64,000 nucleotides of DNA from Chiloscyllium plagiosum (taxonomy: Eukaryota): the NCBI RefSeq assembly GCF_004010195.1, contig NC_057718.1:19054588-19118587 (forward strand). Direction: 5' to 3'. Made by a program: the position numbers and the translations under genes. Shown here piece after piece: positions 12,648 to 24,157 of this stretch (position 1 is the stretch's first letter; the number at the start of each line of letters is the position of its first letter). The notes below the pieces were generated by a model, which was given only the letters and a program-made list of their open reading frames with translations, did no database searches and was not told the origin of the DNA.

Positions 12648-12874
12648 GAGGAGAAAGTGAGGTCTGCAGATGCTGGAGATCAGAGATGGAAATGTGTTGC
12701 TGGAAAAGCGCAGCAGGTCAGGCAGCATCTAGGGAACAGGAGAATCGACGTTTCGGGCATTAGCCCTTCTTCAGGAATCATTCCTGAAGAAGGGCTAATG
12801 CCCGAAACGTCGATTCTCCTGTTCCCTAGATGCTGCCTGACCTGCTGCGCTTTTCCAGCAACACATTTCCATCC
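12648..12874. mobile_element. Young Penelope-like fold-back element with hammerhead ribozyme motifs (second copy)
   Basis: Perfect 94-bp arms 12685-12778/12780-12873; 14-bp TSD ctttatttaaattt at 12634-12647 and 12875-12888. Confidence 0.8.
12780..12816 (+). ncRNA. Minimal type I hammerhead ribozyme motif (mirror copy on the - strand at ~12742-12778)
   Basis: CTGAAGA (12784-12790), extra A, stem II GGGC-TAAT-GCCC, GAAA, self-complementary ACGT in place of helix III, GTC triplet 12809-12811. Stem I is short and imperfect; activity untested. Confidence 0.6.
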
Positions 12875-13131
12875 CTTTATTTAAATTTAAACCAGGCATG
12901 TTGACTGTATGGAAAGACTCCTAGCAAATGAGGTTCACTTGCCAATCAATCAGCGTTCTCCTCTTGTTCAGTGTAAATGTTAGTTTCTTCCTTGATTAGC
13001 ATTATTGCAAATTGATGAGTGCAAGAATAAAATGTCCTTTGTCATCAGTGCTCAAGCTTTGTACTGCTAAATGACTAAATGTGAAATATTCTAAAACTGT
13101 GACAGCCACATTTAATATAACATTTAAAAGT

Positions 13132-13137
13132 TTTATT
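13132..13137 (-). promoter_or_regulatory. Candidate RASGRP3 polyadenylation signal AATAAA
   Basis: First AATAAA I found on the minus strand after the stop (~700 nt downstream), with GU-rich sequence further on. Inference only. Confidence 0.35.
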
Positions 13138-13826
13138 TGGTACGTGTAATGTGCTGTAAGTATCCTCTTGAATGTAATAATTGCAATTGTTTCTCTTTCA
13201 CAGGCAAGTTACCCCAAAAATATGAGGTAATGCTGTGCTTCCAGTTTTACACAATGATTAACTTCCAAAAACCTGAATAGAAAAACTTGGCAGCCATAGG
13301 AACTTTCCAGTTAATTTGGAACTATTTTCCAGTTTCATCATGATTTGATTGCTGACATTTGCTGAGTTGCTTGTGTGTTTCTTGTTGAAATTGTAGGTGC
13401 CCACCACGATATTCTTAATTTGCATGTTGAAATATAATTCTTTGCTTTTCCAGGACTATAGGATTTGTGCATGAGATCTGACCAGCTGCCAGATGATGCA
13501 TCAGGTATGATGGAGTTGAGGTGTGGTGGGCATACGCTGGTGAAGTTTGTGAGATATTGATAGATTAAACAAGTGAAGGAGCAAGAGTTATGCCATTTTA
13601 TACAAATGATTTATCATTTTAATGATACTTGCCAGATAGAGGTTTGGAAATGATGTACTTTATGAAAACTGACAAATAGACAAGAACACAAAGCAGTTAC
13701 ACAATGGTTAAATAAACTACGATAATCGTAACTTCATAAATTTAGTAGCGCTGGCCAGTTATTCACTCCGATACCACTTTGGGCTGCATTGAGAGTTTTT
13801 GATGTTTTGCCTTGCGTAATGCACGT

Positions 13827-14173
13827 TCACTGCTCTTCATCTGTATCGGTCCCATTCTGCAGTGGCTCATGTTCCTCCTCTGTTTTGGCACACATGCTGG
13901 GCTTCTCATTTTCCCACTTGGCAAAGCCCCTGTCCTTTCCCTCTTTTCCTTGAAATTTTGACTTCATTTTTGGGAAGGTGTGAGAGCCTGAGTCGCCAGC
14001 AGCCCACCCACTCTCATGCCACAGGGGCTCTGTCTGTGTGGCCTGGCTGGCCGTAGCTCTCTGTAAGCGTACGGAAATCTTCTGAGCTGAGCCCGTCATT
14101 AGTGTGATTGACCTGCCGTCAACAGCCTGGTTTCTGCTACTTTGGGGGAAATTGAACACTGCTCCATCTTGAG
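13827..14173 (-). CDS. RASGRP3: RASGRP3 last coding exon (347 nt) AQDGAVFNFP...SQATQTEP...DTDEEQ*
   Basis: cttgcag| acceptor; RSITLMTGS, SQATQT (LC8/dynein light chain TQT motif, 14031-14045) and SHTFPKMKSKF match RasGRP3; TGA at 13829-13827. Confidence 0.9.
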
Positions 14174-14994
14174 CTGCAAGTGAAGTGAAGAGAAAACATA
14201 CAGATTGAAACTATTAACAGGGAAAAGCCAAAATCCACTTGGAAAGTTGGAGATTGAGGGAAACAATCCTTAGGGAAACAATCCTTAGCTGAAATATCAA
14301 GAGGCATGAAGTAAACTAATTGTGAGTAATTTATTTATCCTGAATTGAGTTCAACATCAGGCAAGAGAAATATAAAAACCAGGGGAGGCGGATTTAAGGT
14401 TCTCTGTAAGAGATGCAGGGGGAATGTGAGAAAGAACTTCAAATGCACTGAGTGCTGTTGCCTTCAGGGTGGTGGATGCAGAGGTGATCAATGAGCTGGA
14501 AAGGAAATTGGATGCACATTTGGAAATAACCTCTCAAAGTACAGGGAAATTGGGCTAGTAGAATATTTACTAGACAGTTGGCAAGGGCTCAATGGGCTGA
14601 ATGGAATCTTGTAATGACTAATGTTAAAATGAGAGCAATTTTTCTCACATGTACACTGGTGGAAACATGAAACAAGTTCCTAGTAAGCAATAATCATGTC
14701 TCAATGAGCACCCTCTCAAAATAACAATGAATAATAACAAGGTTGATGATGACACATTAAGTACAGATACAAGATAACCTACATACTGTGGAACATTATC
14801 GAGACAATAAAGTGTTTTATTGCCTGAAACGCTTGCAAGTATCTTCTCAAAGATGAATTCTCCCTAAAAATTCAGCAGGGCTCCATAATACTGGCACAGC
14901 TATCTGTTTATTTTTAAAGTTTGCAATGGGCCACCTATTCTGACATTCAGATGTCAATCTATGATCCTCTGTGACTGTAGGTGGGTTGCTTGGT

Positions 14995-15250
14995 GACTTT
15001 ACACCAGGAACCTGGGTTCAGTTCCATTCTCAGGTGACTGTGTTTGCACATTCTCCCTGTATCTGTGTGGATTTCCTCTAGGTGCTCCAGTTTCCTCCCA
15101 CAGTCCAAAGATGTGCAGGCTATAGGTGGATTAGCTAGGGGAAGTGTAAGGATAGAGTAGGGGCAGTGCATCTGTTTGGGGTGCTCTTCAGAGGGTTGGT
15201 GTGGACTTGATGGACTGAATGACATACTTCCACATTTCAGGGATTTTATG
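14995..15250 (+). mobile_element. HE1-type SINE, diverged
   Basis: Similar to the 4971 copy (tttgcacattctccc...cccacagtccaaagatgtgcagg). Confidence 0.8.
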
Positions 15251-15336
15251 TGTGAGTAGAGACCTGTTTTGCAAGTGCAACAGCGATATAAAGTGGGTAG
15301 CAATCGTAAAACAGCACCTGTAGTGTGACAGCAACA

Positions 15337-15648
15337 TTAGATTAGATTACTTAGTGTGGAAACAGGCCCTTCGACCCAACAAGTCCACACCGACCCTCCA
15401 CAGAGTAACCCACTCAGACCCATTTTCCCTCTGACTAATGCACCTAACACTATGGGCAATTTAGCATGGTCAATTCACCTAACCTGCACATCTTTGGACT
15501 ATGGGAGGAAACTGGAGCATCCGGAGCAACCCCACACGGGCACAGGGAGAATGTACAAACTCCACACAGCCAGTTGCCCGAGGGTGGAATCAAACCTGGG
15601 ACCCTGGTGCTGTGAGGCAGCAGTGCTAACCACTGAGCCACTATGCCT
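15337..15648 (-). mobile_element. HE1-type SINE
   Basis: (attag)n tail through gtgctaaccactgagccac; tail-to-tail with the preceding copy. Confidence 0.88.
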
Positions 15649-16679
15649 TTAACATAAAACCTTCAAAGGTGCTTCAGAAGAATATAATCAAACAAAACCT
15701 GGCATCAAGTAACATGAGGCAACATAAGGTCAGACAAGGAAATGTTTGGTCAAAGCAAAAAAGCATCTTCAGGGAAGAAAGAGATTGAGTGGCAGAGAAG
15801 TTACAAAATTTCAGATTGTCAGGTTTGTGCAACTGAAGAAATGATCACAATAGAGGAGGCAAAGAAATCGAGAATATGCAAGAGACCAGAGTTGGAAGTT
15901 CACCAGTGACAGAAATATTTAAATACATTAACATGGATTGATGTCAATAATCTAACTTCAGTTAAGAGCAGAAGCAGCGTCCTAACCGTTGTCGTAGTGT
16001 CCCTGTTTCTGGACCTAAAGGCTTGGGTTTAAGTCCCATCTGTACTAACATCTCTGAACAGCTTGGTGAGAAATATGTATAAAGTGACATTAAGAGCTAT
16101 TTTGCTGCAGTTGTTTGTCCCTCCTGATCCATGAGCGTACCATAACATGTCAACATGTCTGTGATTGAAAATGTCCAAAAGCCCTGGAGATAGCATTCTT
16201 TTGTGGCATAGTGGTAGTGTCCCTACCTCTGAGTCAGGAGGCACCCATTCAAGTATCATCTGCTCAATATGTATAGTAACATCTCTGAACAGAGACTAGT
16301 TAGAAAATATCTGTGTTTCTCCAACACAATATAAATTACTGTACTCTGCTTACACAGTTACAGTATCTCCCATTTCAGAAGTTTAAGAGAACCTCTGCAC
16401 CCATGAAAGCACAAGCTTATTATATCCGGAAGGCAAACAAACATATTGGTCAGGGGATTAGAGAAATTTCAACTCTTGCAAAGTTGTATTAAATGCAGTA
16501 TCAACTTAGCACCATCCCTGGCTTAGAGGGACAAGATTGTGGGGTCAAATCCTCCTTTAGGACATTGTCAATGAAGATTTTCAATGTCACTTAAGTCTAA
16601 TGTCGAAGGAGTGCTGCACTGCCATTGCTGCCAGCTTTCAGACTGAACATTAAATTGGAGAACATGACTTCCCCTCCCT

Positions 16680-17005
16680 TCACACTGCCTCAGGAAAGCA
16701 GTCAACATAATCAAGTACACCTCCTCTCGTGGTTATACTCTCTTCCATCAGGCAGAAGATACAAAAGTTTGAAAACACATACCAACAGATTGACGAACAG
16801 CTTCTTCCCCACAGTTATCAGACTTATGAATGACTCTTATATATTAGAGTTGATCTTTCTCTGCACCTTCTCTGTAGCTGTAACACTATATTCTGCATCC
16901 TGTTCTATTACCCTGATATAGCACCTAACATGTGATTTGTCTGGTTATCACACAAAGCAATACCTATCACTGTATCTTGGTATACGTGACAGTAAATCAA
17001 ATCAA
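16680..17005 (+). mobile_element. Rex1/Babar-type LINE 3' end
   Basis: LPSGRRYKSLKTHTNRLTNSFFPTVIRLMN C-terminal motif, 3' UTR and (aaatc)n tail; a 3' UTR fragment recurs at ~44890-45045. Confidence 0.7.
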
Positions 17006-17264
17006 AACAAAAAAAAGCCTTCTCAGATTGACACAAAAGACCCATGGCGCTGTTTCTGAGAAGAGCAGATGAGTTAGCTCTAACAGATATTTTCACTCAA
17101 CCATTCACATTGCTGCTGAATCTATGCAGCAGGTGGGACATGAACTCAGTCTTTCTGGGACAGAATAGTGGAGGCTTGTACATTTACAACATTTAAAAGC
17201 ACCTGGATGGATTTATGAATATGAAGGGGTTAGAGGGATATGAGACAAATTCTGGCAAATGGGA

Positions 17265-17557
17265 TTAGATTAGATTACCTACAGTGTGGAAACAGGCCAT
17301 TTGGCCCAACAAGTCCACACCAACCCTCTGAAGAGTAACCTACCCAGACCCACTCCCCTACCCTAAGTTTACCCCAGACTAATGCACTGAACACTATGGC
17401 CAATTCATCTAACCCGCACATCTTTGGACTGTGGGAGGAAATCCGTGTAGGCACGGGGAGAATGTGCAAACTCCACACAGACAGTCGCCCGAGGTGGGAA
17501 TCAAACCCAGGCCCTTGGCGCTGTGAGGCAACAGTGCTAACCACTGAGCCACCATGC
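17265..17557 (-). mobile_element. HE1-type SINE inserted in a CR1 3' end (~17170-17630, +)
   Basis: Full HE1 pattern, with CR1 sequence continuing on both sides. Confidence 0.85.
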
Positions 17558-17698
17558 TTAGTTTAGGAAATCTGGTTGGCATGGACAAATTGGACTGAAG
17601 GGTCTATTTCTATGCTGTACATCTCCAAGACAATCAATGTACCACAGGAGTTCCAGACCAATATTTATCCTTTAATCAGCATTGCTAGCAAGATTATT

Positions 17699-17940
17699 TT
17701 AGATTAGATTCCTACAGTTTGGAAACAGGTCTTTGGCCCAACCAGTCCACACTGACCCTCCGAAGAGTAACTCACCCAGACCCATTTCCCTCTGACTAAT
17801 TGACCTACACTATGGGGCAATTTAGCATGGTCAATTCACCTGATCTGTACATCTTTGGACTATGGGATGAAAACCGGAGCACCCGGAGGAAACCCATGCA
17901 GACACATTGAGAATGTGCAAACTCCACACAGACAGTCACC
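17699..17940 (-). mobile_element. HE1-type SINE, 5'-truncated
   Basis: Tail and body present, tRNA head missing. Confidence 0.82.
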
Positions 17941-18283
17941 ACTCTCCTGTTTGTGGGGGAGCTTGTGTACTTATTGGGTATGTTTCCTGAGTTCCAATAG
18001 TGATTACAATTTAAGGAAGATCCTAGAATCTTGTTGTACGAAGATGCCCTTGTCTGTATGGTCAAAACAAATCTGCTACTAAGTATGGTCTAACTTTCCC
18101 GTAACAGGCCTACAGCCTTGAAATTTATGACACTTCAAATGCTCATCAAAGTATATTTTTGAGGTTTCCCGCCTTAGCTATCCTCCTAAGCAGCACATCC
18201 AGGCCCCACCATTTTCTGAGTGAAAAAGCTTTTCCTTTTATTTTTATAAAGAAAACATTAATTGAGGATGTATGGTCTGCAGC

Positions 18284-18425
18284 TTAAAAATGTGTTGCTG
18301 GAAAAGCACATAAGCCCGAAACATCGGTTCTCCTGTTCCTTTAATGCTGCCTGACCTGCTGCGCTTTTCCAGCAACACATTTTTAAGCTCTGATCTCCAG
18401 CATCTGCAGTCCTCACTTTCTCCTA
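18284..18425. mobile_element. Penelope-like element of the same family, opposite orientation, short inverted arm
   Basis: Same core (gcccgaaac...tgctgcctgacctgctgcgcttttccagcaacac...ctttctcc); 17-bp TSD gatgtatggt(c/g)tgcagc at 18267-18283 and 18426-18442. Confidence 0.75.
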
Positions 18426-20094
18426 GATGTATGGTGTGCAGCATTGTAAAAATGCAAGATGTGCCACTAAAATGTTGGAGAATGCAGTAGACTTCACCAG
18501 AGCGAGCCATTTTGAATGGATGGCCATCACTGTAAGAACGACATATTTTATTCTACTACAGGTTGACACAGTTTTAATAACAGTAAAACAAGTTGACAGA
18601 CATGAGAAAAGAAGTATGATTCACATGAAAACTGGTTGCATAGCAGGAACTGTTTGCTGAAAGCTGGGCAAATGTGGATGATATGTGGATAGCTTTGATA
18701 AACTTCCAATACCATACTCAGAATTAATCTGCTAAGGGATAAAACACCCATTTTGCCCTAATACCATCCAAAGACATAGTGGAATGATCTAATTTCCTTG
18801 AATTTTAAGATATTTTCCTGGGATGTATGTTGGAAACTGTCCAATCAAACTGCTATCCAGTTCAATGACTGAATAGGAAAGGAATGTCCATCGTAGATTG
18901 TTCCACTAATAGGCTCAAAGTGATTATGAAAATTAGGTTTACTCCTTAATGTTGTAATCCTTCCAGAGTGCTGAAAGCAGGCTCAAGATATAACCAGTGA
19001 AGTGAAACTATTGCAAAACTGTTCTGACAGACAATCTGAGTGAAATACCCAAGAGTCACTTACCAAAGAAGCCTTGTTTTAAAAAAACAATGTATTTTCA
19101 ATCATCCTGCGTGGACGTGTTATGGGACAATGTTGGGCTAGGTGGGACTTGAACCTGGATCTGCTGACCCAGATTAGGAACATTGCCACTACACCACAAA
19201 ATGCCTTAAAGGCACCCTGAGGCTGTTTACTAATCAACCTGTAATGATGCACCTGTGGAGCAAGTAAGATTTGAACCCAAATGTCCTACTTCAGAGGTAG
19301 GGACACTACCACTTTGCCACCAGCCCCACTAAAAGCACCCTGTATGTCTGCAGTGTTGTTCCACGAATATAATTACTCACGGCCTAAACAGAGAATAAAA
19401 TTGTATGTTCAATATGCTATCAGATGCTCAGTTTGAACTCTCACATTGCAACCTCTCTAATCTGAAAATCCATTATTCCAGTTTTCTAGAAATTCAATGA
19501 GCACTTCTCCAACTTTATTACCATCATTTTAGTGCACTATTCTGGGAGCAGAAACATTGGGCATGCAGTGTTTTGATAAATAAAACAATTTTTATGATTG
19601 CTTTATAATGGTTTATGACTGTCTTATGTTTTGGCTAAAAGTTTGCATCTGCTTTGTTTTCCGATTGACATACTTTTGTTTAATTAGATTCTAAGATCAT
19701 TCTATAATCCAGAAAAAAATTAAAATTCAGAAAGGAGTTAGAATTGATTCTGGTTACAACACATTGGCTGACTTTCCTTTTGGCTGATTTTGAATCTTAG
19801 CTTGAGAATCATGTCACTGCAGAGGAACCCTCGCTAATTTTTAATGTGATTGAGACCAGGGTGGGGGCAGAAGGTTGGTTGGGGGAGGTGGTGGGGGGGA
19901 ATATTACCAGGTCACACTCGTGAACCTGCCATTGTTTTAGGGTGGCCTAGCTGGATGCCCACAAGTGGATTGGCCATGAAAGAGTTGGGAGAAAAACCAG
20001 GCTGAAGAGTGGGAAAAGACTTGCTGCATCTGCGAGAATGGAAACATTGAATGGTTATAGCACAGAAAGGGACTACTCAAGGCATAATGTATAA

Positions 20095-20665
20095 AAATTG
20101 GTAAGTTATGTTGCAGCTGATAGAACTTTTGTTAGACCACATTTGGAATATTGTGTACAGTTTTGGTCGCCACATTATAGTTGGGATGTGGAGGCTTTGA
20201 AGAGGGTACAAAAAAAGTTTGCCAGGATTTTGTCTCAGGATTAGCTATGAGGAGAGATTGGACAAACCTGGTTTGTTTGAACTAGCGTGTCAGAGGCTGA
20301 GAAGCCACCTAATACAAGTTCACAAACTTAGGAGTGGCATGGATAAAATGGATAATTTTATATAATAACATAGGTTAGGATAGAAATAACATAAGTTTAA
20401 GATAAAAGGGGGAAAGTTTAAAAGGAGATGTGAGAGTTAAGTCTTTTACACTGAGGGTGGTAAGTGCCTGGAATGGAAGTGGTAGAAGCAGTTACAATAG
20501 CAACATTTAAGAGACATCTTGACAGATACATGAGCAGACAGAGAACAGACGTTTATAGGCCACATGGAGGCAAAAGGCTTTTAGTTTAGAATGGTAGCAT
20601 GTGTCAGTGTGGGCTTGGTGAGGCTAAAGGGTCTGATCCTGTGCTGTTCTGCCCATCATGTCTAT
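20095..20665 (+). mobile_element. CR1 LINE 3' fragment
   Basis: gttagaccacatttggaatattgtgtacagttttgg (RPHLEYCVQFW). Confidence 0.8.
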
Positions 20666-20960
20666 GACAGCTTTCTGCAAGGGCAGAGGTTACTAGACTC
20701 ATTAATATGTGACAGTAGAGTGGACATCACTATTAGTGGCTGAATATTTAATGTATCATATCTGGTGTGTTCCCAGTCCCATTAATACATTTTTAAAAAG
20801 TCATAATATGTTCAGCCTATTGATCATGGCTGCATAATATAGAACAATAACACTATATATTCCCCTGAAGTGGGAATGAGAGGCAGGAAAAGAATCACAA
20901 AGATGCACTTTTCTAATTATTCCCAATTTGACATTCCAAGAACCATAAGAGTGTTCCTAC

Positions 20961-21113
20961 CATTTCCATAGGAGTGTGTCATAGGGCTGCTGGGCAGAGA
21001 GCCATGTGAGTGTGGAGGTGGTGAAGCACTCTCCAAGGAGGAGCTCTTGGGCAGCTTCTGGCATGCTAACACTAAAAGGTCTTTGCATTGCTTATGACAA
21101 TTCACACCACAGT
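20961..21113 (-). CDS. RASGRP3: RASGRP3 coding exon (153 nt) DCGVNCHKQCKDLLVLAC...THSYGN
   Basis: ctgcag| acceptor, |gtagga donor, phase 1/1; completes the C1 Cys/His ligands. Confidence 0.9.
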
Positions 21114-21944
21114 CTGCAGAGCAAAAAAGGTCAGCGTTACACAGATTGACAGACATCATCCTCAAGCAATGTTAGCATGACAATGGATCACATGCCCAAA
21201 TTACTTGTGTATATATTGACATTTTAAGTACAATGCATGTTTTCTTTTTAAAGAGAAAGGGCCTACAGGCTAAAAGGTGTCGGAGAATGTACGTTCAATG
21301 GTTGTCTGGAAAATTTCTATCTGATTACACTGAGTCCTACAGGAATCATGGAATGTTGCACCTGAAATGTGTCAAGGGAACTCGATACAACAACACTTTA
21401 AAAAAATTGAACTGTGATCTCTTGTGGCCACAGAGTAATAAGGGGCTGATTACCCCTTTCTCGTGCATTGTGTCCCAGACTTCAGGTATGATGTGAGTTG
21501 AAAGAAAGTTAAATCTGGGCAAAAAAAACCATGTTTGTGTTTTACGCTTCCAGGGATACATGATAAGCTAACGCCACCCCTGGTTTATGTGTGTTAGACA
21601 GCAAGCATGCTAGCTTCATGTTTGAGTTCCACTGTGACAAAGCATGCTGTGAAGCTAAGGACTTCCACTAGATAGCCCTCTATCTCTCTGATTACTGAAA
21701 ACATATCAAGTCAACAGGATGACTTGAGGGAAACTGCAACTTTCACCTACCTGTAGAAATAAGAATTTCCAAAACACTACTCAACTGCCAAAGTCAGCAC
21801 AACCAGAATGTCACACCTTGGTCGCTGCAATGTTTCCATTTACACAAACCAACCAAAGACTGATTTGGGATTTTTGATTTGAATGGCAGTTGTAACAGTG
21901 CTCAGCTATTGGGTGAAAATCACAAATGGAAAAGCTAGGAAAAT

Positions 21945-22248
21945 AGATTAGATTACTTAGTGTGGAAACAGGCCCTTCGGCCCAACAAGTCCACACTGAC
22001 CCTCTGAAGAGCAATCCACCCAGACTCATTCCCCTACATTTACCCCATTCACCTAGCACTACGGGCAATTTAGCATGGCCAATTCACCTAACCTGCACAT
22101 TTTTATACTGTGGGAAGAAACCGGAGAACCCGAAGGAAACCCACGCAGACACAGGGAGAATGTGCAAACTCCACACAGTTGCCTGAGGCAGGAATTGAAC
22201 CTGGGTCTCTGGCGCTGTGAGGCAGCAGTGCTTACCACTGTGCTGCCC
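21945..22248 (-). mobile_element. HE1-type SINE
   Basis: Tail, body and tRNA head all present. Confidence 0.88.
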
Positions 22249-22532
22249 ACTTTAGTTAATCAATTAGGATGCCACTGTTGTAAAATAACTAGCATGAATT
22301 GTCATGCACTGGGATCATCTTCCTTCTTCCAAACATGCAGCAGTTAAAAGTGAGATAGAACTATTCAATGTCCATCATCTGACTGTGTCTTAGTGATGTT
22401 GATTCAATGTGGAGAGATTATTGATTGTACAGGGGGTGAGTACCATGCGTCCGTCAATTCCCTTTCATTGATGGGGTAGACTCTCACAGGACAATGATTG
22501 TGATGGGTGAACTAAACTGCAGGGCGACCAAG

Positions 22533-23007
22533 TTTCAGGCCTTAGGAGGCAGTCAAATGAATGTGAACAGTTGGAGTTCTTATTTCAGCAACCAAGTTTC
22601 TGAAGACTGCCTCAAAATATAATGGCAAAAGTCAAGTATCTTCCTTGAGTAGTGCAGAAGAATGGAAAGGGAAACTAGGTTCACTAAAGTCATTTGATGA
22701 ATAAATTCTGTTGTCTTTTTATCTGACCTGGTCTACATATAATTCCAGATTTACAGCAATGTGACTGACTTGACTGTCTCCTGAAAAAGATGAGAAAGTC
22801 ACTCAATTTTAACAATTCGGGATGGGCAATAAATGTTTACCTTGCCAGCGATGCCCACATCCCCATGAAGGGATGACAAAATTCAGTATGATGGTTGATA
22901 TGATGGCTTTACTCATCACAAAAATGAGTTTTTTAAAAAAAGAATGAACACCTGCAATAAGAACTCCAACTGTTCACATTCATTTGACTGCCTCCTAAGG
23001 CCTGAAA
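22533..23007. repeat. 56-bp inverted repeat with 363-bp spacer
   Basis: 22533-22588 vs 22952-23007, 55/56 complementary. Confidence 0.9.
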
Positions 23008-23106
23008 TTTAAGAGCCCAGGTTCCTTAGCTCCATGTCCCTAAAACATCCTTCGCCTATATTCAAACACAATAGGTGCCCAGAACAAAAAGCAAGTCCTT
23101 ATTTAC

Positions 23107-23143
23107 CTTTACACTTGTATCCCTGTTTGATTAGACCCCAGAG
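23107..23143 (-). CDS. RASGRP3: RASGRP3 37-nt C1-domain micro-exon LWGLIKQGYKCK
   Basis: tttacag| acceptor, |gtaaat donor, phase 0/1; LWG-QG motif of DAG-binding C1 domains. Confidence 0.93.
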
Positions 23144-24157
23144 CTGTAAAGAGAACAAAAGAATGTTAGTGATTTGGGAAGGAAATCGGAAGGTGAAGTA
23201 ATGAAAGAGGAAGGCACAGGGGCCTGCTGCAGCACAAACAGGATGTGCTATTCACAACACCCTTCCTGTCAGAGACAGAGGGGACCATTATTTCAGACCT
23301 GCATCAGACCAGCACTGCTCTCAAAATTCATTCGAAGCAGGGGAAAGTCTCGCCGGGTTAAAAATTCCATGATGAGCCTATCTCGGTGAGGTATACTCTT
23401 CAGGCTGGGAGCAGTGGGGGAGCCACATTTTACATCCTTTAGCTGCTTCAGAGCTCAGTGCAGTTGTTTCCATTAAGATGCGCAATGAAAACAGCAGGGT
23501 TTTACAGTTTGCTTCACTCCAGCGAGGGAAAAGAGGGTCACATGCTGCTGAGGCTAAAAATTGTCCAGCAAAGAGACAGAGCTCCATAGCAACAAATTAC
23601 CTTGCTCAGTGACAATCAGGAGATTGGCTGTGTAAACCATCGCAATAGAAACTCTGCCAAAATGCTTGGCAAACACGGAAATGATAAGCAATCTGCAAGA
23701 GGCCCTGTTGAAGCAGAAAGGATGCAGAATCCCAGCCCTTGTACATGCCCTGCTTGAGTCACACAAAGTACACACTGATCCTGTACTCACTGTTCCAGGG
23801 ACATGGGGAGAAAATGTACACTGACTAAAACTGCAGTGTAATCTTCAGGAAATGGTGCAGGAAAGGTGAGTAAACTTTTAGACGCTTGCTTCAGAGATTC
23901 CCATTTCCTGATCCCAGTGATAGTGATTGAGACAGAGGTGGGATGTGGGAGGGTAGGGGGGTAAGTGTGGAGGGTGATGGGATGTTCAGGTGAAGGTCTC
24001 ACGCTACTCAATAGCAAAGCATCCAAGGAAATGGCACCTTCATGAGTCTACTGATGTTCACCTTGAACAACATCAGTAGGAGCTAACTTTGTGGCAAGTA
24101 ACTTACTCTGGGTACGATCAAACAGACTGAGACGTCAGTCACAAGGTTACGTTATAA

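Noticed and set aside
14257..14288. 15-bp tandem duplication agggaaacaatcctt
   Set aside because: Ordinary slippage-type duplication, ~85 nt upstream of the acceptor and apparently beyond the usual branch-point zone.
23378..24026. Chain of minus-strand ORFs beside the micro-exon, a possible alternative C1 exon
   Set aside because: No C1 or RasGRP similarity, and I found no matched acceptor/donor pair in the right phase.
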